Assembly: GCA_008080735.1 (NCBI GenBank)
Contig: SHMW01000015.1
Coordinates: 1-64,000, forward strand
Source of the DNA: Promethearchaeota archaeon
GTDB lineage: Archaea; Asgardarchaeota; Lokiarchaeia; Sigyniarchaeales; SOKP01
Length of the DNA stretch: 64,000 nt
Direction: 5' to 3'
In this document: positions 41,038-50,344 of the stretch, in pieces
Numbering within the stretch: position 1 is the stretch's first letter
Layout: each line of letters begins with the position of its first letter
Translations under genes and position numbers: made by a program
The notes under the pieces: generated by a model
The model's database searches: none
What the model saw: the letters and a program-made list of their open reading frames with translations, nothing else
Told to the model about the DNA's origin: nothing

Positions 41038-41706
41038 ATGTTATCATTAATGATTATTTTTCAAGCGGGTTCCATAAATTGGATTACAGACCCACCAGGA
41101 TCGATGTTCTTTATACTACTATTGGCATGTGCGATTGCGCTCATCAGTGCGGGACTTACAAAATGGCTTGTCGATACTGACGAGTTGGAACGTAAGCAGC
41201 GTCAAATTAAGGCACATGAAGAAAAAAAGGAACAAATAATTGAAATCGCGGAAAAGGATCCTCACAAATACCAGAAATTACGAAAACGCTGGGAACGCAA
41301 GGATGAAATGCTTAAGAAAACCCAACAAAGTATAGCTATGCAGCGATTAAAACCGACATGCATCACATTTCTTCCGATGATTATCCTCTTTGGAGTGATT
41401 AGAGGTCTTTTTGGGAATGAGCCCGTCGCCCTAACGGCCATGAATGCGAATGATGTACCCCTACTTGGGGGTATTCTTGCCTCCGAAACTGGTGCAGAAG
41501 CTTGGACTGCCTTATTCTATGGAAGCACTAGAGCTCTAGGGTTAACAGCTGGCTGGATTAATTTTACAGCATGGTATTTCTTATGCAGTCTGGGGATTAA
41601 TACATTGGTACAAAGGTTACTCGGATTGCAAACTCAGAGCTCTGGCGGGATGGAACAAATGATGGGTGGAAGTAAGGCAAAAGCACTGGAATTTCCGGAC
41701 GTTTAG
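41038..41706 (+). CDS. DUF106 / EMC3-TMCO1 (Oxa1 superfamily) membrane insertase
   Basis: TM1, coiled coil, LKP..ITFLP, WYFLCS...QRLLG; located near secY. Confidence 0.88.
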   Translation: MLSLMIIFQAGSINWITDPPGSMFFILLLACAIALISAGLTKWLVDTDELERKQRQIKAHEEKKEQIIEIAEKDPHKYQKLRKRWERKDEMLKKTQQSIAMQRLKPTCITFLPMIILFGVIRGLFGNEPVALTAMNANDVPLLGGILASETGAEAWTALFYGSTRALGLTAGWINFTAWYFLCSLGINTLVQRLLGLQTQSSGGMEQMMGGSKAKALEFPDV

Positions 41707-41815
41707 ACAATGTGCTCTTAATTATATTTCTTAATTTTCCTTCCATTAATTATTATATACATTAAGTCAAGGTCGAATCATTTTGAATCTTGGAATTCTA
41801 TATTAATTCTTTTAT

Positions 41816-42172
41816 TTATTCCAGCTCAGAAAAATATTGATGTGGGGGAATTCCGTGTAATAAAGCCGTATGCAATAGAAGAATATTCATTTCCTCAGCC
41901 TGTTCTACTCCTGCCCTTCTAATTTGTCTCATATTATTCAGAGATTTTTTGAGTGAAAAATGTTCTTGAGGGAATTGACCAAAATATCCCCCATAAGCTA
42001 AAAACATATTAAGCATTATTTCCAAATCCTCATCAGAATACTTTCTCGAACATTCCTCGCATGCTGGGATAGGGATGAACTTAGATGTATATATATTCAT
42101 TGAATTGTCAATCTTATTATTGCAAATTCCACATTGGTTATTATGTTTCAAGATTTTTGTTACGGATTTCAT
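41816..42172 (-). CDS. Hypothetical zinc-finger protein
   Basis: CGIC...CEEC followed by MFLAYGGYFG and LLHTALLHGI.P. Confidence 0.7.
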   Translation of the reverse strand: MKSVTKILKHNNQCGICNNKIDNSMNIYTSKFIPIPACEECSRKYSDEDLEIMLNMFLAYGGYFGQFPQEHFSLKKSLNNMRQIRRAGVEQAEEMNILLLHTALLHGIPPHQYFSELE

Positions 42173-42289
42173 ATATCTTATTCTGAAAAGAAGTATTTAA
42201 ACTAGGAGAATATTAGGTTTATTTAATAGTGAGATATTTTAATTATAAAAATCTAGCAAAAGGAGAAAAATAGAAGAGAAAAAAGGTGC

Positions 42290-42667
42290 TTAGTTGGAAT
42301 GGGCTTGGTTTGTTCCAGTACAGCTCGGACCGCCCAGAGGTTTTAGATTCTCTTCAAGTAGATGTTTAACATTTTCTTCTAAACTTCCCTCTACTCCTTG
42401 AAAAAGATTAATACCAACTTGTAAAAACCCCATATAGGGTCTCCCCCCAATTCCGCCGACAATCATATCAGTCACGTTTTTGTCCTTCATATTCAAAACG
42501 GGCTCCATGCAGCTGGAATGACCATCATTTTTAATCGCAAATTCCTTTGAAAGTGTTTTATCTTCATCAACCAGAATCCCCACAAAGTAATTACAGTGTC
42601 CAAAATGATTTGAAATTTTATCCTCTAATTCCGGACCATCCGCGGGTATGCCAATAATTCTTTTCAT
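42290..42667 (-). CDS. NifB/NifX (dinitrogenase FeMo-cofactor) family protein
   Basis: SNHFGHC.YF, IVGGIGGRP, GI..F.G..G. Confidence 0.88.
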   Translation of the reverse strand: MKRIIGIPADGPELEDKISNHFGHCNYFVGILVDEDKTLSKEFAIKNDGHSSCMEPVLNMKDKNVTDMIVGGIGGRPYMGFLQVGINLFQGVEGSLEENVKHLLEENLKPLGGPSCTGTNQAHSN

Positions 42668-42949
42668 TCTTTATTACCTCTAATAATGGTGTTTTTGTGT
42701 TTTCTAACAATTTGACTTTGATTTTGGAAGTATTTCAAAAAAAATATAGTTTGGGCTTTTAGAATAAAAACGAAGGAATAATATGAGGGTGATATCCAAG
42801 TATATATGGAGAGATATACGAAACGAAATGAAATAAACCTTTCACGATCTCTTTTTATCGAAAAAAGTAAAAAATTTGAGTAAAAGTGATTTTTCAATTT
42901 TGAAACAAAGGTTTCATAAAAATTAAAGCAATTTAGGAAAAATCATATT

Positions 42950-44899
42950 ATGGAAAGTTATTTAGAGTGGAAGCCGATAATCAGTCCCGAAGAGGTTTAT
43001 TCTGATTTAATAGGATTGAATAATCTTAGCTTAATAAATTCGCGTGTTTGCTGGTTAGAGAGTCGGCCTTCGGAGGGCGGAAGAAATGTCTTAGTCTTAG
43101 AAGATTCAAATAATAACACTACCACTGACATCACCCCAGAAAACTATTATATTCGAACACGAGTTCACGAATACGGGGGAGGAGCATATGCAGTAAATGA
43201 TGATCATGCATACTTCGTGAATTTTGGAGACCAAAGGATATACAGACAATTTCTCCATCAAAACGACAAAATAGTCCCGATTACTCCAGAACTAAATGAG
43301 GATGGTTCTTTAGGAAAATATGCGTCCTTAGAACTTATGCCCAACGGAAAATATTTAATATTTGTATATGAAAAGGAATATAAAAATAAGGAAAATAAAA
43401 ATTTTCTCGCTTGTATCGATATTAAGAGATCTGACTCGAAAGCGGAGCCCATCCTATTACATGAGGGATATGATTTTTATGGTGTACCCCGATTCTCCAA
43501 TGATGGCGCAAAAATAGCTTGGCTCTCTTGGAATCACCCTCATATGCCATGGGACAAGACGATTCTATGGGAAGGAGAATTTAAAGACGGAAAAATAAAA
43601 AATCCGAAAAAAATTATTGATATGCCACTTAGTTCCATATGTTTCCCACAATATGATCCAGAAGGGAATTTGTATTTTGTAATGGACAAGGCGAATTATT
43701 CTAATAATGATTATCAGAATTTTTGGAATATATACTCATATAGCAGAGAGAATGGAGAGATCTTTCCTATCACGGATAGTTTTAAGGAATTTGGTGAACC
43801 GTTATGGTGGTTTGGAAATAATAAATATACTTTTCTTGACACCAAAATAATTATTTCCTCATACACAAACAAGGGGAGAATGCATCTTTGCGAAATTAAT
43901 ACTATAAATAAAAACATAAAACCATTCGATTTCTCCTTTACCGAATATTCTTCGGTAATAAAAGTAGATGACAACGTTATCGCGTTTATAGCGGCAGGAC
44001 CTAAAACGATTCCTTCAGTATACAAATATAATATAAAAGAAGATGAATTGAAACGCCTAAAAAAAAGTACGGATGTGTCCATCCCTGAAAAAGATATTTC
44101 TACTCCCAAATTGATTCAATATGAAAGTGAACAAGGAAACAATGCCTATGGTCATCTTTATCTCCCAAAGAATCATAACTACAGCAAAAATGAAAAGAAA
44201 AAACCTCCTTTATTAGTTCGTATTCATGGGGGGCCCACTGCACGGGCAAGCACGAATTTATCGCTTATCACTCAATATTGGACATCATCCGGGTTTGCGG
44301 TATTTGATATCGATTATCATGGAAGCACGGGGTATGGAAGAAAATATAGAGACGCTTTAAAGGGGGAGTGGGGCATCCTAGATGCATATGATATTAAATC
44401 TGGAGTTAGATATCTAATCGAAAACAATATTGTAAATAAAGAGCGATGTGCTATAACAGGTGGACGCGCGGGAGGATATGCTGCTCAACGAGTCTTAACA
44501 CTTTTTCCTGAATTATTCCAAGCAGGCGCAAGTTATTTTGGTATCGGAAACTTAAAAACCTTGGTAGAGTTGACTCATAAGTTTGAATCGCGATATATTG
44601 ATGCTCTTGTAGGGGGAAATATCAAAAACAAGCCTAAAGTATTTAAAGAGCGCTCTCCCATAAATCATCTAAAACGATTGAAGTCACCCTTAATTATTTT
44701 TCAAGGTGAAGATGATAAAATTGTCCCCCCCGAAAATTCTCGTGAAATGGCAAAAATTCTCACAGAAAAGGGTATCTCCAATCAATATGTCGAATATGAA
44801 AACGAAGCACATGGGTTCCGGATACGTGAAAATAAAATAGATTCCTTGAGAAAGGAATCGGACTTCTATCGAAAAATATTCAAATCAAATAAAGAATAA
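42950..44899 (+). CDS. S9 family (prolyl oligopeptidase / acylaminoacyl) peptidase with Ser-to-Arg at the nucleophile
   Basis: ESRPSEGGR, RTRVHEYGGG, HGGPT, GSTGYGR, GGRAGG (normally GGSAGG), QGEDD.IVP, EAHGF. Confidence 0.9.
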   Translation: MESYLEWKPIISPEEVYSDLIGLNNLSLINSRVCWLESRPSEGGRNVLVLEDSNNNTTTDITPENYYIRTRVHEYGGGAYAVNDDHAYFVNFGDQRIYRQFLHQNDKIVPITPELNEDGSLGKYASLELMPNGKYLIFVYEKEYKNKENKNFLACIDIKRSDSKAEPILLHEGYDFYGVPRFSNDGAKIAWLSWNHPHMPWDKTILWEGEFKDGKIKNPKKIIDMPLSSICFPQYDPEGNLYFVMDKANYSNNDYQNFWNIYSYSRENGEIFPITDSFKEFGEPLWWFGNNKYTFLDTKIIISSYTNKGRMHLCEINTINKNIKPFDFSFTEYSSVIKVDDNVIAFIAAGPKTIPSVYKYNIKEDELKRLKKSTDVSIPEKDISTPKLIQYESEQGNNAYGHLYLPKNHNYSKNEKKKPPLLVRIHGGPTARASTNLSLITQYWTSSGFAVFDIDYHGSTGYGRKYRDALKGEWGILDAYDIKSGVRYLIENNIVNKERCAITGGRAGGYAAQRVLTLFPELFQAGASYFGIGNLKTLVELTHKFESRYIDALVGGNIKNKPKVFKERSPINHLKRLKSPLIIFQGEDDKIVPPENSREMAKILTEKGISNQYVEYENEAHGFRIRENKIDSLRKESDFYRKIFKSNKE

Positions 44900-44925
44900 A
44901 AAGAGTTTTTTAAGTAGAAAAAAAG

Positions 44926-45027
44926 CGCAGCGAGAGGGATTCGAACCCCCGCATGGATTACCCACACTGGCTTTCTGGATATCTCCAGTTTCCAGGCCAG
45001 CGCTCTACCAGGCTAAGCGACCGCTGC
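44926..45027 (-). tRNA. tRNA-Ser(GGA) with 17-nt intron at 37/38 (44973-44989)
   Basis: Acceptor GCAGCGG/TCGCTGC with G73, anticodon stem CTGGC/GCCAG, long variable arm, T-loop TTCGAAT. CTGG/CCAG helix with AAA bulges. Confidence 0.93.
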
Positions 45028-45076
45028 ATAAAAAGGAAAAGATTCTGATTTATAATTAAAAATTCTTCACAATAAC

Positions 45077-45355
45077 CTATCTAATAGGAACTTCAACTCT
45101 ACTGTTTAATAGGTCTTCTAAGTCTGCATCTTTTATTGCGCTGAGAACATCCTCATGTTTCGCACCCTTCTTGATATCAATTACTTCATCAATAGGTTCT
45201 ATATGTTTATAATTTACTCTCCTTCTCTTAACTTTTGTCCCATCGATAAGAAGATAATTTTTGTCTACAATATCAACAATTACGCAATAATGGGCGGCTT
45301 CACGCCCCATCGTTTTCACGCAGACTCGTCCAATGTCGTATACACTCATATCCAA
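45077..45355 (-). CDS. rpl14e: 50S ribosomal protein eL14
   Basis: IGRVCVKTMGREA...CVIVDIVDKNYLLIDG, VKRRRVN..HIEP. Confidence 0.95.
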   Translation of the reverse strand: MDMSVYDIGRVCVKTMGREAAHYCVIVDIVDKNYLLIDGTKVKRRRVNYKHIEPIDEVIDIKKGAKHEDVLSAIKDADLEDLLNSRVEVPIR

Positions 45356-45572
45356 TTTGTCACCAAATTTTTTGATTCCATTATCATACTAGTCTCCACC
45401 AGTCTGATAACGTTATTTGTTAACCTTTGAAATTATTGATTTCTAAAAAAATTATTGGATTATTGCTTATGATTAGGGCTAAAGTTCTTTTGGTCTTTTC
45501 TATAATGAGATAATAACATTAATATGATGAGAAATTATAATATGAGTAATTAAAACATAATTAGGTGAATAT

Positions 45573-46466
45573 ATGGTTAGTAAAGGTATGGAAAATGTCA
45601 TAAAATTGCTCAAAAAATTTCAAGATATGACTAAGGAGACAACGGTTGAATCAACCAGAAAGGGATTAGAACAAATGGGAGCAATGAGTAAAGTTCCAGA
45701 TGATATTAGGTGTGAAAAGGTGGAGATAAATGGTATAGAAGGAGAATGGATAATAGCTCGTGAAGTTAAACAAAATAAGGTATTATTATATTTACATGGA
45801 GGAGCATTTATAGCTGGGTCGATAAATACGCATAAAGATCTCATATCTCGGATCTCTCGTGCGGGAAGGATCAAAATATTAGCAATAAACTATCGCTTAG
45901 CTCCAGAACATCCCTTTCCCGCAGCTTTAGAGGATACGTACAACACTTATCAATGGCTCATTTCTGAAAAGAATTATGATCCAAAGGATATCATAATAGG
46001 AGGAGACTCCGCAGGAGGAAACTTAACATTAGCTACTTTAATAAAGATTAAGAAGGAAGGGTTCTTTTTTCCTGCAGCGGCCTTTTGTCTTTCTCCGGCA
46101 ACTGATATGACTGGATCGGGTGAGTCCTACACGACTAAAGCAGATATTGATCCTTTTCTTACCCCCGATTTAGGAGAACTCGTCTTAAATAATTATTTAA
46201 AGAACGCTGATCCTGAGAACCCCCTTGTATCGCCTCTCTATGCCGATCTTGAAGGATTACCCCCTATATATATTCAAGTCGGAACTTCAGAAATATTATT
46301 CGATGATTCAATTAGAATTGCGGAAAAATTGGAAGATGCAGATGTAGAAGTAGAATTGGATGTCTGGGAAGATATGATTCATGTGTTTGCTGCCTTTGCC
46401 GCATTTGCTCCAGAGAGTAGAGAAGCGATAAAAAAGATCGGACATTTTATCGAAAGGCATACATAA
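45573..46466 (+). CDS. HSL-family esterase/lipase (alpha/beta hydrolase)
   Basis: LHGGAF, YRLAPEHPFPA, GDSAGG, E/D, HVF. Confidence 0.93.
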   Translation: MVSKGMENVIKLLKKFQDMTKETTVESTRKGLEQMGAMSKVPDDIRCEKVEINGIEGEWIIAREVKQNKVLLYLHGGAFIAGSINTHKDLISRISRAGRIKILAINYRLAPEHPFPAALEDTYNTYQWLISEKNYDPKDIIIGGDSAGGNLTLATLIKIKKEGFFFPAAAFCLSPATDMTGSGESYTTKADIDPFLTPDLGELVLNNYLKNADPENPLVSPLYADLEGLPPIYIQVGTSEILFDDSIRIAEKLEDADVEVELDVWEDMIHVFAAFAAFAPESREAIKKIGHFIERHT

Positions 46467-46486
46467 GAATAACCAATTGTCTATTT

Positions 46487-47032
46487 TTACTTAATATTAT
46501 TATTTTCCAAATATTCTATTATTTTTTCAACGACAGCTTCTACAGAATGAGTTCCCGTGTCAATAATTAAATCAAAGACCTCATCTCTGTCTTGAGTATT
46601 CATGAGGTCTATATCGTATAGCTCGATAAAGCGTTGAATCTCGGATTTTTCCCGTGATTTTGTTTCTTTTAATTTTTCCTCAAAATCGGAATTGTCTCGT
46701 TCGACCATTCGTTTCACTCTCGTCTTAAGCGGAGCTTTTAAGAGGATTTTACAATCTGCTTGATCTTTAAGAAGGTATGCGCTTAGCAGACTTTCAATGA
46801 TAATTTTATCTGTATTTTTTGCAACTTGAATCACCTTTTCATCTAAATTTTTATCAATTTCGGGATGAGCTTCCGCATATTTTGAGAATTCTTCTAAATT
46901 CATACCAAATTCTTCTGCAAGGTCTCTGAATGCTTCTCCAGTAGAATAATATTTTAAATTAAGTTTTTCTGCTAATTTTTTTGCCACCGTGCTCTTGCCA
47001 GTACCATGAAATCCACCTATAGCTAAAATCAT
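46487..47032 (-). CDS. cmk: Cytidylate kinase (archaeal type)
   Basis: GGFHGTGKSTVA, STGEAFR, ID..LD, RE.SE..RF..LY.ID; next to eL34. Confidence 0.92.
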   Translation of the reverse strand: MILAIGGFHGTGKSTVAKKLAEKLNLKYYSTGEAFRDLAEEFGMNLEEFSKYAEAHPEIDKNLDEKVIQVAKNTDKIIIESLLSAYLLKDQADCKILLKAPLKTRVKRMVERDNSDFEEKLKETKSREKSEIQRFIELYDIDLMNTQDRDEVFDLIIDTGTHSVEAVVEKIIEYLENNNIK

Positions 47033-47192
47033 TTTCGGAAAAAATCATCAAATTTTATATTTTTTGTGTAAATAAAGGTATCTATCTAAAAAAGAGTTCT
47101 GGAAAGAAAAGAACTTAGAAAAGCAGAGTCAATAAAAGTGTATAGGGGATTGAATTATACTATTTTGATAAAAAGAGATTGAAACGAGTTGA

Positions 47193-47459
47193 TTAACGCC
47201 TAATTTGTTCTTGAATAATTCGCTGTAAACATTTTGCACAATAACGTCCACTTTCAAGGCGTGTAGGTCTTCGGTCTGTTTTATTTGTTTTTTTCATCTC
47301 AGAAGGTCTTTTCCTTGGAACAGATTGTAATGGTTTTTTGCAAATTGCGCATTGTGCTCTACTTGGTCGTTTTCTCCAATAATGCTTTTTATTCTCGTTT
47401 CCGGGAGTTCTAACATCCTTACGCTTCTGGCTCTTCGATCTCAAACCTGGTCGCGGCAT
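47193..47459 (-). CDS. rpl34e: 50S ribosomal protein eL34
   Basis: VRTPG, CAIC...L, RP.R...G.YC..CL. Confidence 0.95.
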   Translation of the reverse strand: MPRPGLRSKSQKRKDVRTPGNENKKHYWRKRPSRAQCAICKKPLQSVPRKRPSEMKKTNKTDRRPTRLESGRYCAKCLQRIIQEQIRR

Positions 47460-47529
47460 TTTACTCGTCCATTCAATTGATTTTATAATTCAAAAAAGAA
47501 TCGAAACTTAATTAATTTTTTTATTTCTT

Positions 47530-48174
47530 CTAAACTTTAAGACTGAGAAGATATTGAAATTCTTGGAAGAGATCGTATAAATGATTTACCACTTTTTCTT
47601 GGTACTGCCGATTAGTTTTTAATGTGTCTATGTGAGTGGTCACATGTTTATAGATTTTGGTTATTTTTTGGGAAAGATTTTGTAAACCCGGGAACGTTCT
47701 TGTTTTTTCAATAAGATCCTGAAAGAGATTTAAAATAAATGACTCTCCAATGGAGATTTCTAACTTTATAGCATCCATTAAAGTGATAAAAGAGCTTGTG
47801 ATTTCAGATGTAATTCCCGGGATATGAAGTATTGAAGATTTTAAAAGGCTTCCATACCGATTATTTGCATTTATTCTATGTTGATATGAAGCTTTCGCTA
47901 CATTTAATTCTGAAATTTTGTCTATAGTTCTCATAGCTTTATTATATTCATCTACATAATTATTTTTCTTAATGAGGTCTGAAAAAATTATGTTCTTTTG
48001 TTTGAATGCAATTTTAATTTGTAATAGTTCATAAACCGCATTCTTAAAAGATTTTTGGAAAAAATCAGCATTTAATTGTCCTTTTTGATATTTCTCATCT
48101 AGTTTATTTATAATGCTAATATTTGCGAATAATTCAGATTCTAATTGTGAGACTGATTTCTCCCGAAAACTCAT
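47530..48174 (-). CDS. Vps28-like ESCRT-I subunit
   Basis: N-terminal ESELFANISIINKLDEKY..G matches the Vps28 N-helices. SEITSSFITLMDAIKLE matches the Vps28 C-domain FIT.MDALKL. Ends LYDLFQEF. Confidence 0.75.
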   Translation of the reverse strand: MSFREKSVSQLESELFANISIINKLDEKYQKGQLNADFFQKSFKNAVYELLQIKIAFKQKNIIFSDLIKKNNYVDEYNKAMRTIDKISELNVAKASYQHRINANNRYGSLLKSSILHIPGITSEITSSFITLMDAIKLEISIGESFILNLFQDLIEKTRTFPGLQNLSQKITKIYKHVTTHIDTLKTNRQYQEKVVNHLYDLFQEFQYLLSLKV

Positions 48175-48236
48175 AAATAATCTTAGTTAGAATTGAATAG
48201 AGTTGTTATAAAAGTGGTCTTCTAAGTTTATAAAGT

Positions 48237-49166
48237 TTAACTAAAAAAAACGGGACGTAAGAAATAAAAGAAGACCGCGATTAAAATCGAAATTCCGAAT
48301 GAAGGAATTAATACTCTCCAGGTAGAGGAATTTGACAATTCTCGGATTGCGACTGTGATTAGGATCGGTACCCAAATGGCAAGTACTAAACCATCCACAG
48401 TATATAATGCAACCCATATATCAGATTCAATCATCGCAGAAAATATAGAGGGATCCAGTAACCCGCTCACACTGAGCGAAATATTGGGAAATCCAATCAA
48501 AACGACAAGAAAATTAATGAAATTTGCAATTAAGAAGGGGAAAAACGCACAAAACATAACCTTAGATTTATAAGCCTCTTGTTTTTGTAATAATGTTCCT
48601 CCTTTATAGATACTGAAAGGACTTAAATCACGATCCTTATATTTTGTGCCTTCCGAAGGACTTGTCCCAAAGCGAGATTCAATTCGTTCTGTGAATCCAA
48701 CTGAATAGTTTGCTCCTAGTGTATATAACCAGATAAGGAATTTATAGAATAAGAACTGAAGCATCAAACCAAAAAGAAAAAAGCCAAGGAAAAAACTAAA
48801 ATCATACACAAAAACCCATAAAGCAAAAGGAGGTGATACTCCTCCAATTGATATAAACTGAAAATGAATTGTAAACGCCCATCCTATTAATGCATACATT
48901 AATGAGTTCATTAAAAGAATAATATACCCCGGAGCTGATTTTCTTAGGTGATTTATATCCCAAAACGCGCGAGCAGGATTAATTAAAAGATAAAAAAATT
49001 TCATATACCAGGGATAAGGATTAGTCCATTCTTCTTCGATGCGTTTAAAGATAGGAACCTTCTCTACTTGTTCAATTCTTAATCTTTTACCACAGAATGT
49101 GCAAGCAAATGAGTCCGAACGATTTTCGTTCCCACAGCGTGGGCAGCGTTGAATAGCTGTTGACAT
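48237..49166 (-). CDS. Zinc-ribbon plus Yip1-like membrane protein
   Basis: CPRC...CTFC N-terminus, LINPARAFWDI, five TM helices, AIRELSN.S. Confidence 0.7.
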   Translation of the reverse strand: MSTAIQRCPRCGNENRSDSFACTFCGKRLRIEQVEKVPIFKRIEEEWTNPYPWYMKFFYLLINPARAFWDINHLRKSAPGYIILLMNSLMYALIGWAFTIHFQFISIGGVSPPFALWVFVYDFSFFLGFFLFGLMLQFLFYKFLIWLYTLGANYSVGFTERIESRFGTSPSEGTKYKDRDLSPFSIYKGGTLLQKQEAYKSKVMFCAFFPFLIANFINFLVVLIGFPNISLSVSGLLDPSIFSAMIESDIWVALYTVDGLVLAIWVPILITVAIRELSNSSTWRVLIPSFGISILIAVFFYFLRPVFFS

Positions 49167-49264
49167 ATTTTAAAAAGTTTGGAGTTTATATAAATAACAT
49201 AAAATTTACAAATAAAAATTTTTCTCGTTCTAGCTCAAATTTTTGAAAAATATTATTTTTAAGA

Positions 49265-50344
49265 TTATTCATTCATTCTTTCATATACAATAATTGAGAA
49301 ATTGTTTTTCTTATGAATACGGTATTCTCTTTTTGTAAATTGTTTTAAGAGTTCCATGTTGGTTTTTGTATGGCTAGTTATCTCTAAAACCTTGATTTTA
49401 GATGATTCGGGAATAAATGCCATAAGGGGTATCAATTGATCACTTAGATATTCATCAACGGGAATCTCATTGTTAATATAATTAACTATCTTATTTGCCG
49501 CCATTTTACCTACATCTTCCGACGAGACCTGCTTTTCTCCGATAATTGTTCCGGAAGATATTATTGCGCCCGTGCTGGAATGAGCCCATAATGAAAGTCC
49601 AACTCCAGTACTATATGCATTTACATAATCATAGATGATGTTTGTATCTATACCTAATTCTTTTCTAATAGTACTCTCTGCGGAATTTTTAATCCTTTCA
49701 GCTACATTAGCATTTGAGAGTGTCTTGGTAGAGATGATGCGTCCTTGTATGAGCTTTATCTCTCCGAGTTCAGTTAGATTTATTGGTTTCATTTGATCTT
49801 GAGGAGGATGGATAATACAACGCGTTTTAGCACCCCCTTTAGGGTAAAATCCATATTTCTCGATATCAATTTCAATATTGTATCCCAAATTTCCATAGAT
49901 CTGATATGTAACATTCTTAAGATAATGCAGACCTGGCGCCCATTTTCCCAATGTTCCACCCCCATTGAGATGAATATTAACCTGTGAAGGTTTAGTGAAG
50001 TTCATACATGCAATTTGTAAAGGTTGTAACAACAACCCAATACTAGCTGCTGTTCGAATATCCACATTAATTTGTTGCTTTAATTTTTTAGTGTTGGGTT
50101 GGAAAGTTATTTCTTCTGTACCTACAGAGCATTCGCTTAGTTTACTATTTGTCAATTTTGCCAATGTTTTCAGACCTAAAACATGCTGAAGGCGTAATCC
50201 TGGTTTGGAGCGATTTGCTCTGATATTAAACACCTTAATAGGCAGATTAAAGAGGATGGAAAATCCCGCACTTAATCTAAGTATTGACCCACCGCCTTCA
50301 CCAAAAGAACCATCTATTTCTAAAATCTCCTTCTCATCATTCAT
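49265..50344 (-). CDS. rtcA: RNA 3'-terminal phosphate cyclase
   Basis: IDGSFGEGGG.ILR, NIRANR.KPGL..QH, GFYPKGG, DEYLSDQL, ITSHTKTN. Confidence 0.95.
   Translation of the reverse strand: MNDEKEILEIDGSFGEGGGSILRLSAGFSILFNLPIKVFNIRANRSKPGLRLQHVLGLKTLAKLTNSKLSECSVGTEEITFQPNTKKLKQQINVDIRTAASIGLLLQPLQIACMNFTKPSQVNIHLNGGGTLGKWAPGLHYLKNVTYQIYGNLGYNIEIDIEKYGFYPKGGAKTRCIIHPPQDQMKPINLTELGEIKLIQGRIISTKTLSNANVAERIKNSAESTIRKELGIDTNIIYDYVNAYSTGVGLSLWAHSSTGAIISSGTIIGEKQVSSEDVGKMAANKIVNYINNEIPVDEYLSDQLIPLMAFIPESSKIKVLEITSHTKTNMELLKQFTKREYRIHKKNNFSIIVYERMNE

Noticed and set aside
42664-42897. 77-aa ORF between the NifX-like and S9 genes
   Set aside because: Low-complexity F/I/K composition spanning a divergent promoter region.
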